Shown: positions 54,072 through 64,000 of the stretch, in pieces
How the letters are laid out: each line of letters opens with the position of its first letter
Numbering within the stretch: position 1 is the first letter of the stretch
Assembly (NCBI GenBank): GCA_040954595.2
Contig: CM082597.2
Location: forward strand, 1,222,886-1,286,885
Direction: 5' to 3'
DNA from: Balanoglossus misakiensis
Lineage: Eukaryota > Animalia > Hemichordata
DNA: 64,000 nt
Notes under the pieces: generated by a model
What the model was told of the DNA's origin: nothing
What the model saw: the letters and a program-made list of their open reading frames with translations, nothing else
Database searches by the model: none
Translations under genes and position numbers: made by a program

Positions 54072-54186
54072 CAGTCAAACATATCTAAATCAAACTATCT
54101 AATCTGGAAACCTGTCTATACGAAACACCCTTTTTTGTCCCTTTGACTTGGAACCACAATTGTTAAAAGAACCTCTATAAACTGGA
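54072..54186 (+). mobile_element. Truncated Tc1/mariner(pogo)-like MITE
   Basis: TA-CAGTCAAAC...AAACCTGTCTATAC...TTGTCCCTTTGAC...TTAAAAGAACCTCTATAAAC, shared with the 59661 copy. Confidence 0.75.
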
Positions 54187-56479
54187 ATTATGTCAGAGCA
54201 GAACTGCTTATGGAGTGCTTTTGTCAGTTGTTGCCGGAAGTAGTAAATAATATTGGCTTCACGTTTGTTGTGAAATATTTAGTGTTCCTTTTCCTGCATT
54301 CAGCTGCTTCTGCTTTCTGTTAAAACTACTCGGCTACGAACCACGTTTAGAGAATTCTGACTACCATAATGTTTTCAGCTGAGAGACAGTAACAAACACC
54401 AGCAGCCCCATACAATGTCACAACCATAGCATTCCCCTCCACACTTTTTGTTGACTGAACTGATTAGCTGTTTACCATGACCAACACACGGCCTTTCACG
54501 AATATTCATTGACAGACCAACGCAAAATTCCATGGCTACTCGACTACTGTAACTCATAGTGTACATAACTCACAAACTTCAACAGGTGAGTGGGCGAAGC
54601 GAGGCTATGAACTGAACTTTAAACTTTTCGTGAGTTGGTGGTAACGTGTTATGCAAAGGAACCCTATTGTTAGTTTAGATGACAGTTACTTGTAACAAAA
54701 ACAGCGAGAATCAAAACAGAGCTACCCTAGTAAACTTGAACCAATTGAACAGATCATGGCAAGGAACTTCAAAATACAACCGAACAGACATACCTGGCGA
54801 ACAAGTGCAGGGCATGAACTCGACACAGGGGATTCGGAGACGGTAGATTCTGGAAAATCAGCAAGAGTCGAGGGAAACAACTGGACGACACATGTGACAG
54901 TGTTGGCCAGTAATACTGTATACCGGCTTTCTCCGCACACTCTTACAGTAATTCACTGCAAAGGGCTTAACTGGCACACGGACAATAGCATTGAAAAGTC
55001 TAATCACCAACAGAATGAATACCCGTGACAAAAGAGCCATTCAAATCCCTTTTCTGCCATCACTCGCTGCTTCACTGCCAGATCTTCAAAGAAACTCAGA
55101 AGAAATCTTACAGCGTCCAAATAATCCGCGTTTTCTGATCCGCTCATTGTCATGACAACCTGTAATCTCTGTATTGATGCAAAAACAGTTGCTATGAAGA
55201 GACAGTTTAAAGAAGATCCTAGTTTTGTTTGTTTTCTATTTATCTGGTCTTTTGTGTACTGGTTGGCGAACTTTTTACTGTGTGTTGTTTGTTTTTAATT
55301 CAGTGAAGAGTTGACGAAATTCAATTAAACGTGTCTACTGGGCAAACTTCATCTTCTCCTAAATTCCATGCTTTCCTCCCCTGAAATGATCAAACAGTGG
55401 AATTCTCCAAAGGAAAACCATGTATGGACTGAACCACTGTATGTCAAAACAGGGATACATGCTGGTATTATTTTTAGGAGAATTTTTACACTTATAATCA
55501 ACATGAGAGATGGTTTGGAAAGTTATAGTGAATCAACAAACACAGACAATCTGTTTGCACATGTAACAGAAATTTGTTTTCTAATTATGTGGATTTTAAT
55601 CTTTATCTCTACTATGTAAGGCATTAAAAATTTTAGCTTTTCTCTTACTTTGCACTGTTCCATTGATAATCTGAGTATTGTAAACTCAAATAAACTGAAA
55701 TTCAGTTTATACACTTTGGGGATGTGAATTAGCCCTTGAAGTATTAAGATGACTACAAAAATACTTTCACAGGTACCGGTACTTCTCGAGGTTCATCCAG
55801 TAGGGTGCAAAACAACATTTCTACCATTGTTTTTATTACTAGGGTGACATAACTTGTTGATCACATGTTACAATAGCTTCAGCTACACTTCTTACTAAGT
55901 ACTTCACACGTTTCTGAACATCATCAATGGTACTGCCAGTCTCAAGTAGTTCGGCCTTCTGTTTTTCAATCAGAATACAAAAACGTGTCGCATACTAAAC
56001 GACCAACCACCCTGAAAATCAAGTCATCTAACAAAAACACATTTATGCCAAACATGGACAATCAGATTTAGCAATTGTAAATAATACATTCCATTTCTGC
56101 AATTATTCTCAAACATTTCAGCACTGATTACGTCTTTGGAAATTGATTTTTGAGTTGAAGCAAATTTCTAACCATCTTTGCTGACTTTGTTTTCCTTCTC
56201 ACCACTATGTGAAAAACACATCTGGCAAAATGCACTCAGGACAGTTTTAATTGATTTTTACACCCGACCAAACCACTTTTGGTAAAACGGGTTAAACTGC
56301 ATGCACGGTGTATGGTGGAAGAACCAAGCACAACTCAACCACAGTGATTTCACTCAGTTTTGAATAATTCATTGTTGTTTTAATGTTGCATTGATCCTAT
56401 CTTGGACAAAATGCAAATGGGCGTACTCGGGTCGCACTAAGAAACACAGAACATCCCACATCTGTCCAAATACACTCAC

Positions 56480-56540
56480 TGCAAAGCGTGGTTGCTTCGT
56501 GAGTCTCCAACGCACAGGTATTCCTCGGTTATATATCACT
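56480..56540 (-). promoter_or_regulatory. Candidate TATA promoter with short first exon
   Basis: - strand GATATATAAC at 56529-56538, donor GCA|GTGAGTG at 56479, adjacent GTTGCTAG (RFX half-site), and CpG-rich 56.4-57.0 kb. Confidence 0.3.
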
Positions 56541-57313
56541 AGCAACCCATAGTTAAAACATCCCCTTCCCTTCCCCCTTCCTTCTATTCAAAGACACAAA
56601 CAAACTCCATGTGTGGTCACAACAAAACAACATGGTTATTCGCTGACCCCCTGCTCTCCTTTCTATTCACGGCCACTCGTTTTTTTCGCGCAGGGGACGT
56701 GATTGACGTTTGTCACTCTGTTTCTTTCATTCGCTCTCGTTCTATTAGGTTTCTTACAGAGACACCATCCTATTTCGTCCAAAGAAAAAAAGTTTTTTTA
56801 AAACGCCGGATCTTTTACATAATGTTTTCAGAAGGCCAACAAAAGCTGCTGGACTGTCACTCTACACGGCACTGGAGTCACGGAACACTACGCATTCAAA
56901 AGATTACTGACAATAGAGAAACGATATGGATCACTACAGTGCCGATAACCCGATTCCAATTCGTCTTTATTTACCGTGCAAAGTATTCTTCGCATGCATA
57001 CCTGTCAAAACAAACTACCAATTTGCCTCTACGATTAGCTATAAAATGATTCTTCCAGGAATGCTAATATTTTATAGTCCCAGTAAACACCTCTGTGTTG
57101 ATGTTCTCCACAATGCGAGCAAACAGCTTACAGTTTCACTGTTATTGGCTAGAATATCAACCAGGTCACTGACCTATATACACTGGCTGTATACAAATAC
57201 AAGCAACTGAGTTACATTGTATCCACTGTGGTTTATTGTGTAACTGATCCTAAGAACATTGTGTTGCGTTTCAAAGCACAATTCTGATCAGTACGCTCTA
57301 GTTTTTCCAGAAA

Positions 57314-57497
57314 CAGTAAAACCTGTCTTAACCGAACACCAAATGGACTGAAGAAATTGTTCAGTTTGCAGACTGAGACGTGTTGAGTTTATAGAGGTTC
57401 TTTTAACATGTACCGGTAGTTCTTTGTGAAAGCAACAGGAAAAGGTGTTCGGTATAGACAGGTTTCCAGATGGAAAGTTAGGTTCATACATTAGTTT
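57314..57497 (-). mobile_element. Tc1/mariner(pogo)-like MITE, reverse orientation
   Basis: CAGTAAAACCTGTCT TIR, and the reverse complement of the GAACCTCTATAAAC core seen at 54170 and 59727. Confidence 0.8.
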
Positions 57498-58595
57498 TAG
57501 ATTTATAAAAAGGTCTGACATTTTCATTTGATGAATTGTATGTGCATGAATGAATCAATGAATGCATTGCTTGGCACACCATGAACCAATCAAACAAATT
57601 AATCTTGTTCGACACAAGAGGGCAGACTGTATCGTTATCAGGGCAGTGGATTTAGCAAAAAGAAAAAGTATCACCACGTCTAGCCTCAAGAGGGCATCAT
57701 ACACCACTGCTGTATTCGAACACTTTAATTTTTTTTTTAACACATAAGGAACATAGCTATATAACGCTTGCCTACTTCTCCAGTACTTTGGTTCTGTGTA
57801 TACAAATCCTGACTTAAATAAAATAATAATCGTGAAAGGAAAGAGTGAATATATGCCTATGTTTTTCATGAAAATGTCCGAAAGTCAATATGAAGGAAGT
57901 CTGAAGCAGATGAGTTGAATTACTCGCCAAAGCAGACATAGCTAGACTCCTTCAGAGATCCTAGGTAGCTTACAGGTTCCCCTAATTGAATGTTCGGGTC
58001 ATATACGCAATTTGATATTTTCATCGGATCTTTATTCTAACAACCATTACCACAGACCACTGATAAGGCACTGCAAGACACTAGACTACGAGTAATCCAC
58101 CCAGTGTGATCACAAAATCCATTAACCATTTTCACAGCAGTTGTCAACATTTTGGGGGATTTTCGACTCCCGCTGCACATACACCGAAATTGGTGAATGC
58201 TTGCACGCTTTTTCATAGGAATTTCCAAAGTGGCCACAGAGCGAACTGATACAATGTTTTGAGAGCCATAGAGTCACCACCAAGCTGCGAGCTGGAGGAT
58301 ATACCCAAGATTTTATTTCATCGTCCCCACAACAATAAACATTAGTGTCTGCCGAAACAGTTTGAATGCAGTACCCAGCTGCGACTGTTGATTTATGTTA
58401 CATACATATGTTACAAGAGTCTATGACATCAAAACCGATATAAAGTGTTCTCCTTATCCAAGAGTCTTCTTACAACAAAATACAACAGTCTGATGGGACA
58501 GTTTTCTGTCCATACAGATCGAAATTCCATTTCCAATTAGCTCAATACAAAGCTAATCTTTTTTATTTGTAGCTGGATATGGGCAGCCTGTTGTA

Positions 58596-58686
58596 CCCTT
58601 TTACCACATTAATCTAGTCTAACCCATTTGTTTACTATGGTGTGAATGGACCAAGTTACATAGAAACAGGGGGAGAGGGGGTGAAG
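58596..58686 (+). mobile_element. Highly decayed piggyBac-like MITE copy
   Basis: CCCTTTTACCAC...AACCCATTTGTTTACTATGGT...GGACC...GGGGGTGAA is collinear with the 53706 copy. Confidence 0.55.
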
Positions 58687-59248
58687 TTTGAAAAGGGAAC
58701 CATTCCATTCATGTCTGTCAATGTGTATGTATAAGCGGAGTATAGGAGTTTGTTTTCGTACTACGCGATAACCCAATCACCACAGCTCCAGATGTATACA
58801 GTCACGTGAAATACCAACGTAACGTCAAATATTCAATTAACTCCTGCTACTAATTGCATTCTGCAGTCAATGAGAACAAGCCAGATAACCCTGATAAGTC
58901 AGGGGTCAGAGAAAGGTCATAGGGCCACACCAGGTCAAAGTGATTAAACAGCTCTCCCAGTTAAAACCATGGGAATGAGATTAGAGTTTACTCCAGCATT
59001 CCTCTGGGAAATCACAGAACCACTGGCTGGAATTTTCAATTTTAATTTTTTCCATCAGGAGACTGGCTTTGATTTCAGAATACACGCCAAAAAGAAAATC
59101 GATCCCTGTATAGTCGACATGGGCACTGGCCATTAAAGATACATATGCCAACACAAAATTGGTAAACAACATTTCCAATTGTTTTCAAATTAATTTCGCT
59201 GCAAGTGCACTGTGCTTTGTTGCAATATTGTCCATGTCAACTTACATA

Positions 59249-59314
59249 GGGATCAACCATTATACACAGGGGGTTGACGGTTACGGGGTCAACCATTATA
59301 CACAGGGGGTTGAC
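59249..59314. repeat. 36-bp tandem duplication with internal inverted repeat
   Basis: TCAACCATTATACACAGGGGGTTGAC at 59253 and 59289. Confidence 0.9.
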
Positions 59315-59660
59315 AATGTGGGATGTTGCTCAACAAAGTGTGCAAGTCCTGAACTCAACTCGCCAAGACAAAAACACTGATACAGTAGAACTTCCAAATC
59401 CTCAGATTCTGATGAAAAATGATTCTTTTATAAATATTAAATATCTGATTTTAAAATGCCTAAACTGCATGGCATGTTGTAACAATATATAATATTGCTT
59501 ATTAAAAAATATTTGATGTGGCAGTCACAAGGTAACCAAACGCAGAGTTTCGAGACAAAGCAACATAATCTTGTTATAGAGTATTGAAACTGGAAATTCA
59601 AACTATTTTCATGTTACTTTAGAGTACTTTCAGTGCAATACTTTTGGCCAGTTTCTAATA

Positions 59661-59809
59661 CAGTAAAACCTGTCTACATTGAACACATTTTCTTGTCCCT
59701 TTGACAAATAGAACCAAATATTAAAAGAACCTCTATAAACCAGACACCTCAGCAAACCGAACAATTTTTCTTCAGTCCCTTTGGTGTTTGGTTTAGACAG
59801 GTTCTACTG
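59661..59809 (+). mobile_element. Intact 149-bp Tc1/mariner(pogo/Tigger)-like MITE
   Basis: TA|CAGTAAAACCTGTCTA ... TAGACAGGTTCTACTG|TA, a 16-bp TIR (1 mismatch) with TA TSD. Confidence 0.9.
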
Positions 59810-59863
59810 TATATAGGAACTTGCCAACTGAACATGTACACTCAAATAAGCAAGAACTCTAAC

Positions 59864-59969
59864 CTTTTAATCCACAGGAGCTGTGTTTTTCTCTTGGATG
59901 CTTGGAAGAAGACAAAAATCTAATATTCTTTGATGAATGAAGATCTTCTTTGTATCTTGTGATGTTGTT
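59864..59969 (-). other. Candidate 106-nt exon
   Basis: Very strong acceptor TTTGTGTTTTCTTTTTTCTTTTAG at 59970 and donor AAG|GTTAGA at 59863. Confidence 0.6.
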
Positions 59970-60271
59970 CTAAAAGAAAAAAGAAAACACAAATATGAAA
60001 CTGAACACTCTTAAACTAATATCAAAATGATGAACAAGTAAAATAAATAACTTTTATGAAATGGGTTGGGTTATTACATGGATAATACGTACCTCGAAGA
60101 GAGAAGAAATTCTAGAGATGGATTTTGCCACGAGGATGTCTGGCGAAACGTGTCATCACCAGTCCTGTGGTCGAGAAGAAATGAGCTTAGGTTAACCAGT
60201 GTGAGGGAACTAAAAACTACTAACACAGCGGTTTGTCTCCTTAATACGCACCAAGTATGCGATAACATCAT
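59867..60271 (-). CDS. Hypothetical spliced 93-aa small ORF, join(60271..60093, 59969..59867); may be a uORF
   Basis: ATGATG at 60271, donor GAG|GTACGT at 60092, and a 123-nt intron to the strong acceptor at 59970. The frame stays open to TAA at 59867. Hydrophobic N-terminal stretch. No recognisable homology. Confidence 0.2.
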
Positions 60272-60354
60272 CCGTGCAATCTGTCATAAGTAATCCTACT
60301 TGACAACGTTGGATGATTTCATTGACCTTTTACAAAAATCCTCGGTCGGCGCTT

Positions 60355-60480
60355 AGCACTGATTGGGCCATGGGAGTAATTGGTAATGCAAGGTTGGATT
60401 ATGATTGGTTGGTTTATGTCGTTACTCTTGTAAGAAATCTCGTGGTTGGCTCGGTTGACTTAACATCACACGTGATTCGA
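60355..60480 (-). promoter_or_regulatory. CCAAT cluster plus E-box, promoter-like
   Basis: ATTGG at 60362, 60379 and 60404, CACGTG at 60469. It lies just upstream of candidate exon 60093-~60300. Confidence 0.5.
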
Positions 60481-62474
60481 CAGTGTAATATTTGCTAATT
60501 TGGAAAGGCATGTGTATGCACATTGCTCTGTTCCAGTTTTTGTTATTTTGGTCACTTTTGACCAATTTTCATATTGATATTTTATAGATGTCAGAAGAAC
60601 CCGTCGACCAAATCACAGCCTGTGGTCTGACCCAAGCATTTCAATTGTGCCGCAGTACCAAGTCAAGCAGTACCCACTGTCACATTTAATTTCATGGTGT
60701 TGCACAGAGACTATGGGAAAATAGTGCATGTGAATGGGGCATATCGCTATAGGCTATCGAATCTCACATCTCAACTATCTGGCTCTCCAACCTTGGCAGA
60801 TCAGAAAAAAAAACTCTCGCTCGCCAGGCCATGAGTGTCTTAAAGAAACTGAAATCTCAGTGTAATACTATAGTTCTAAATATTTTCAATTTTATTCAAC
60901 AAAGCTAAAATATGTGCAAGTTCAGATCAAAACAATTAAGGACAGTTTTAAACTGTCTTAATAACACTATTAACAGTCTTTTCTGAAAAGTACTTCAATG
61001 ATTTCAGAGATCATTTTTGACCGTAAAATAAGGATAAATCCAGTCAAAAGTCACATGAAAGCAGAAAGAAATACATTTCAGAAATCCAATACAGGATGTT
61101 TTGTTAAATGGTAAAAACAATGTTGACAAGGGTTAAGAATTACAAGTAGCTGTTGACCTGACTTCAGATCATTGGTTTGTTTGGTGTTTGAGTTAGCTGT
61201 AACTGGATAGCCTCCATCTAATCATTTGTCTGGCAATACCTGTCTTGATTCAAGCTCCCTGTAGAGGGAGAAAAGCTGATTTCACATCCATCAACCTCTC
61301 CCTGGGAATCACATTCATTTGTCCACCCCTTTTTGTCTGGCATTCCATGATAAGTGCTATCCCCCTCCCCACTAGGATAACTCGCAAGAATGAACCACAA
61401 GCCCTCTGTACTTTGAAACCTTGTGCTGTTCACAAACAATATTCCACATCCCTGGATACTCAAGTTTACAACAAAAAATAGATATCAGTTATTAAAATCC
61501 TATAAAAAGTTAAAAAAATCTGTTTTACCTTCCAACATGTACAACTTGGCGCTTTTTTCACCAACCTCAAGACACCAAGACCCGATTCGTTGTGTGATCG
61601 CGTCCCTCAGAATGCGAGTGAGCTGTCAAATTTAATTGCCCAAGAACCTATTCAGTACTAAAATCACCAATGAACAGCAAAGGTCGTATTTGACAGATGA
61701 GACTCCCTCTGTCACGGCCAACGAAAACCGCTCACCCTTATATTTATTAAGCTATCCAGCAGTGCTCAACAAAAAACTTCGCAATTATCTGGTAAATCGT
61801 TTTTCAGCGTTTACAATCACAATTTCCCTCTCCTCGTCCGTGCCAAAAAAGTGTCGTATAGTCTTTCTGGAGGACAGCCATTGTTTTTGTTTGTTATGTC
61901 CGAACAATACAAGTGAACTAAAAAAAAACACCCTGATGGCCTGAAATTCTTTTACAGCAGAGCCGGCCATTTCTCGCATCAAACGTCACCCGTTCCAACA
62001 TCCATCTGCTTCGTCAAACATGCCAACAGAGATCATTTTCAGCGCCAAGACCTCACAAACACATTCACCGCATCATAATCATCCTCCCTGATATTACAAA
62101 AGGGCTGAAAATCAGCAAATACAACCCGAGATGAAAGACAGTTTCTTTGTCAAATATCCCACACACAAAGACATAGGCACTGCAACCTTTCATCTTTTAC
62201 ACATGATCTGTTACCATGCCCTACCATTCATGTTAGTTTTTGCTTTTAAAAATCTAAGTTCCCATCTCCCATATGGTGAAAAAAGATGCACATGGTTCAG
62301 TAACTTGATGTCTCAATTTCTTGATATCTTAATTTCTACATTTTCATTTATATCAGAGAAACAAACAATTCTGGAAACTGAAACATGTAAAGTTGCAACA
62401 TTTTTATAATGTCTTGTGATTTCACAAACTCTTAAATACACAAGAACAAGCTGATACAAAATTATACTTTAACT

Positions 62475-62935
62475 GTCACTGAAACAGTGCTCTCATAGGC
62501 TGAACACAAGAACTAAAACAAAATTCTAATCAAAACTATAACAAAATTCTAATCAAAACTCTCACTTGAACAGTGCCCTCACAGGCTGCACAAAGAAACA
62601 AGCTGTTAATTTTTTTTAATTAAAACCCTCACTGGAACAGTGCCCTCACAGGCTTCACAAAGAAACAATCTGTTAAAAAAAATCCTGATAAAAACTCTCC
62701 CTTGGACAGTGCCCTCACAGGCTGCACACAAGAACTAAAAGAAATTCTAACCAAAACTCTCACTTGACCAGTGCCCTCACAGGTTGCACAAAGAAACAAG
62801 CTGTAATTTTTTTTTAATTAAAACCCTCACTGGAACAGTGCCCTCACAGGCTTCACAAAGAAACAATCTGTTAAAAAAAATCCTGATAAAAACTCTCCCT
62901 TGGACAGTGCCCTCACAGGCTGCACACAAGAACAA
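62475..62935. repeat. Higher-order tandem array: 7 monomers (62-69 bp; the first is 86 bp) in A-B-C-A-B-C-A order, 198-bp period
   Basis: Core CAGTGCCCTCACAGGCT(G/T)CACA at 62485, 62571, 62638, 62707, 62769, 62836 and 62905. The linkers recur every third unit. Confidence 0.95.
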
Positions 62936-63519
62936 GCAATGGTGTCCAATTTCTGTCTTATAATGGCAGCCATATTTTGAGTTGTACATATCCAATATGA
63001 ACATGTAGATTTCTTCAATGTGTATGTATAGAACTATAGTAACAGACAGAGTACAAAAATAATACTTCATATAATGAACATAATAAAATGTGGGCAAGTA
63101 AGCCTCTCAAATTGATGGAAACATTAGCATTTTTCTGGAGGGGTGCTTAAAGTTCATTTGGGAAAGTTTCAAAATGATGCATTTGGAAATTGTCCCAATA
63201 TATGTTAGCCAAGTTTGAAAAGAACATTATTTAAAATTTTGATAGAGCAGTGCTCTAAAACATCTTCTCTAAGATGTGCATAATTTGCAGAAATACATTG
63301 CTTACTATATATATATTTCAACATTCTGATTTTCATGATTCTGCTGTTGGAATATTGGACAAAGCAATGTAGGGAAAGTTTCTTTCCAATCAATCACTCA
63401 ACTACATGATAAAAAGCAGTGCTATTATTTTATTCAAAAATTCTAGAGCTGTAAATTTTACAAATTATGAATAAACTACTCCAAGCTTGAGAAATAAGCT
63501 TAGAATTTTGAAAAAGAAC

Positions 63520-63850
63520 CGCAACGCAATACTAGCTAAACCCACTACGTCATCCATGTCGATTTCATAACATTGCGAAAATGTACATTGTAACATTTTA
63601 CGCACTGACACGCGACCAATGTAACATTTTCTTTCATAAAGAACGACGCAGTTACAATAGAAGCGTGCCAAAATTTTCAAGTTTAGAGAACTTTGCTCGT
63701 AATGTCCGGGTTGCTGGCTCAAAATGCGTAAATCTTCTTGACCTTGGACCATTCATGGTGACCTGAGCACGGATGGAAAAATCACCCGACTGTATTGGAA
63801 TCCGGAAGTTCACCAAATACGAGTAGTCACTGCCACAGAAGTCGTATTAC
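63520..63850. promoter_or_regulatory. CpG-rich, probably bidirectional promoter
   Basis: CCAAT at 63616, ATTGG at 63794, ETS/GABP CCGGAAGT at 63802, and Inr-like TCACTG at ~63827. The + strand turns G/T-rich to the right of it. Confidence 0.5.
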
Positions 63851-64000
63851 TTTTGTGAATAGTCCACTGTTTTGAGGTTTTGATTAAAAGCGAAGGTGTC
63901 GACAGTTGTGTGTGAAGTTGTGAAATATACGTTGTGATATTTTGAGTGTGAATGGACTATAAACTTTGTCATGAATGGAGACAGTGGGCAACTATACAGA

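Noticed and set aside
56562-56581. G-quadruplex on the - strand
   Set aside because: It has only three runs of >=3 G; the fourth run is GG.
60936-60961. TTAA-bounded near-palindrome TTAAGGACAGTTTTAAACTGTCTTAA as a transposon footprint
   Set aside because: It is short and AT-rich, and does not match the TIRs of any element in the window.
62475-62935. CRISPR array
   Set aside because: The spacers are not unique (they recur every third unit and resemble each other), there are no cas genes, and the context is eukaryotic.
298-63766. ORFs of 60-154 aa in the six-frame track as protein-coding genes
   Set aside because: Many start at TTG/GTG, their composition is that of random AT-rich DNA, and none shows a recognisable domain (no transposase, RT, integrase or viral motif).
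63975-64000. METVGNYT as a ULK/Atg1-type kinase N-terminus
   Set aside because: Only 8 residues are visible and the resemblance is partial, so no gene name can be supported.

Overview
This is AT-rich, gene-poor eukaryotic genomic DNA. It is probably from an invertebrate deuterostome such as a hemichordate, but that is a low-confidence inference from overall style and MITE types. No ORF in the six-frame track resembles a protein family I can recognise, and I see no rRNA, tRNA, cas gene, transposase or prokaryotic operon structure. Four things are supported. (1) A strong strand bias (GTAAGT/GTGAGT donor motifs and pyrimidine-rich acceptors, mostly on the - strand) suggests most of the window is the intron-rich 5' part of one long - strand transcription unit. 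It has several candidate promoters/first exons (~60.3, 56.5, 24.3, 17.7, 10.5, 7.3 kb) and short, mostly non-coding internal exons, including a 27-nt frame-preserving microexon. (2) A CpG-rich, probably bidirectional promoter lies at the right edge. (3) Three families of short non-autonomous DNA transposons have clear TIRs and TSDs (piggyBac-like TTAA, Kolobok-like TTAA, Tc1/mariner-pogo-like TA). (4) There are several tandem repeats, including a 62-bp palindromic minisatellite and a CRISPR-looking array that is really a 3-monomer higher-order repeat. RFX X-box-like palindromes recur unusually often. All exon and promoter calls come from motif reading by eye and need RNA-seq/CAGE confirmation. 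I found no convincing novel protein-coding system.
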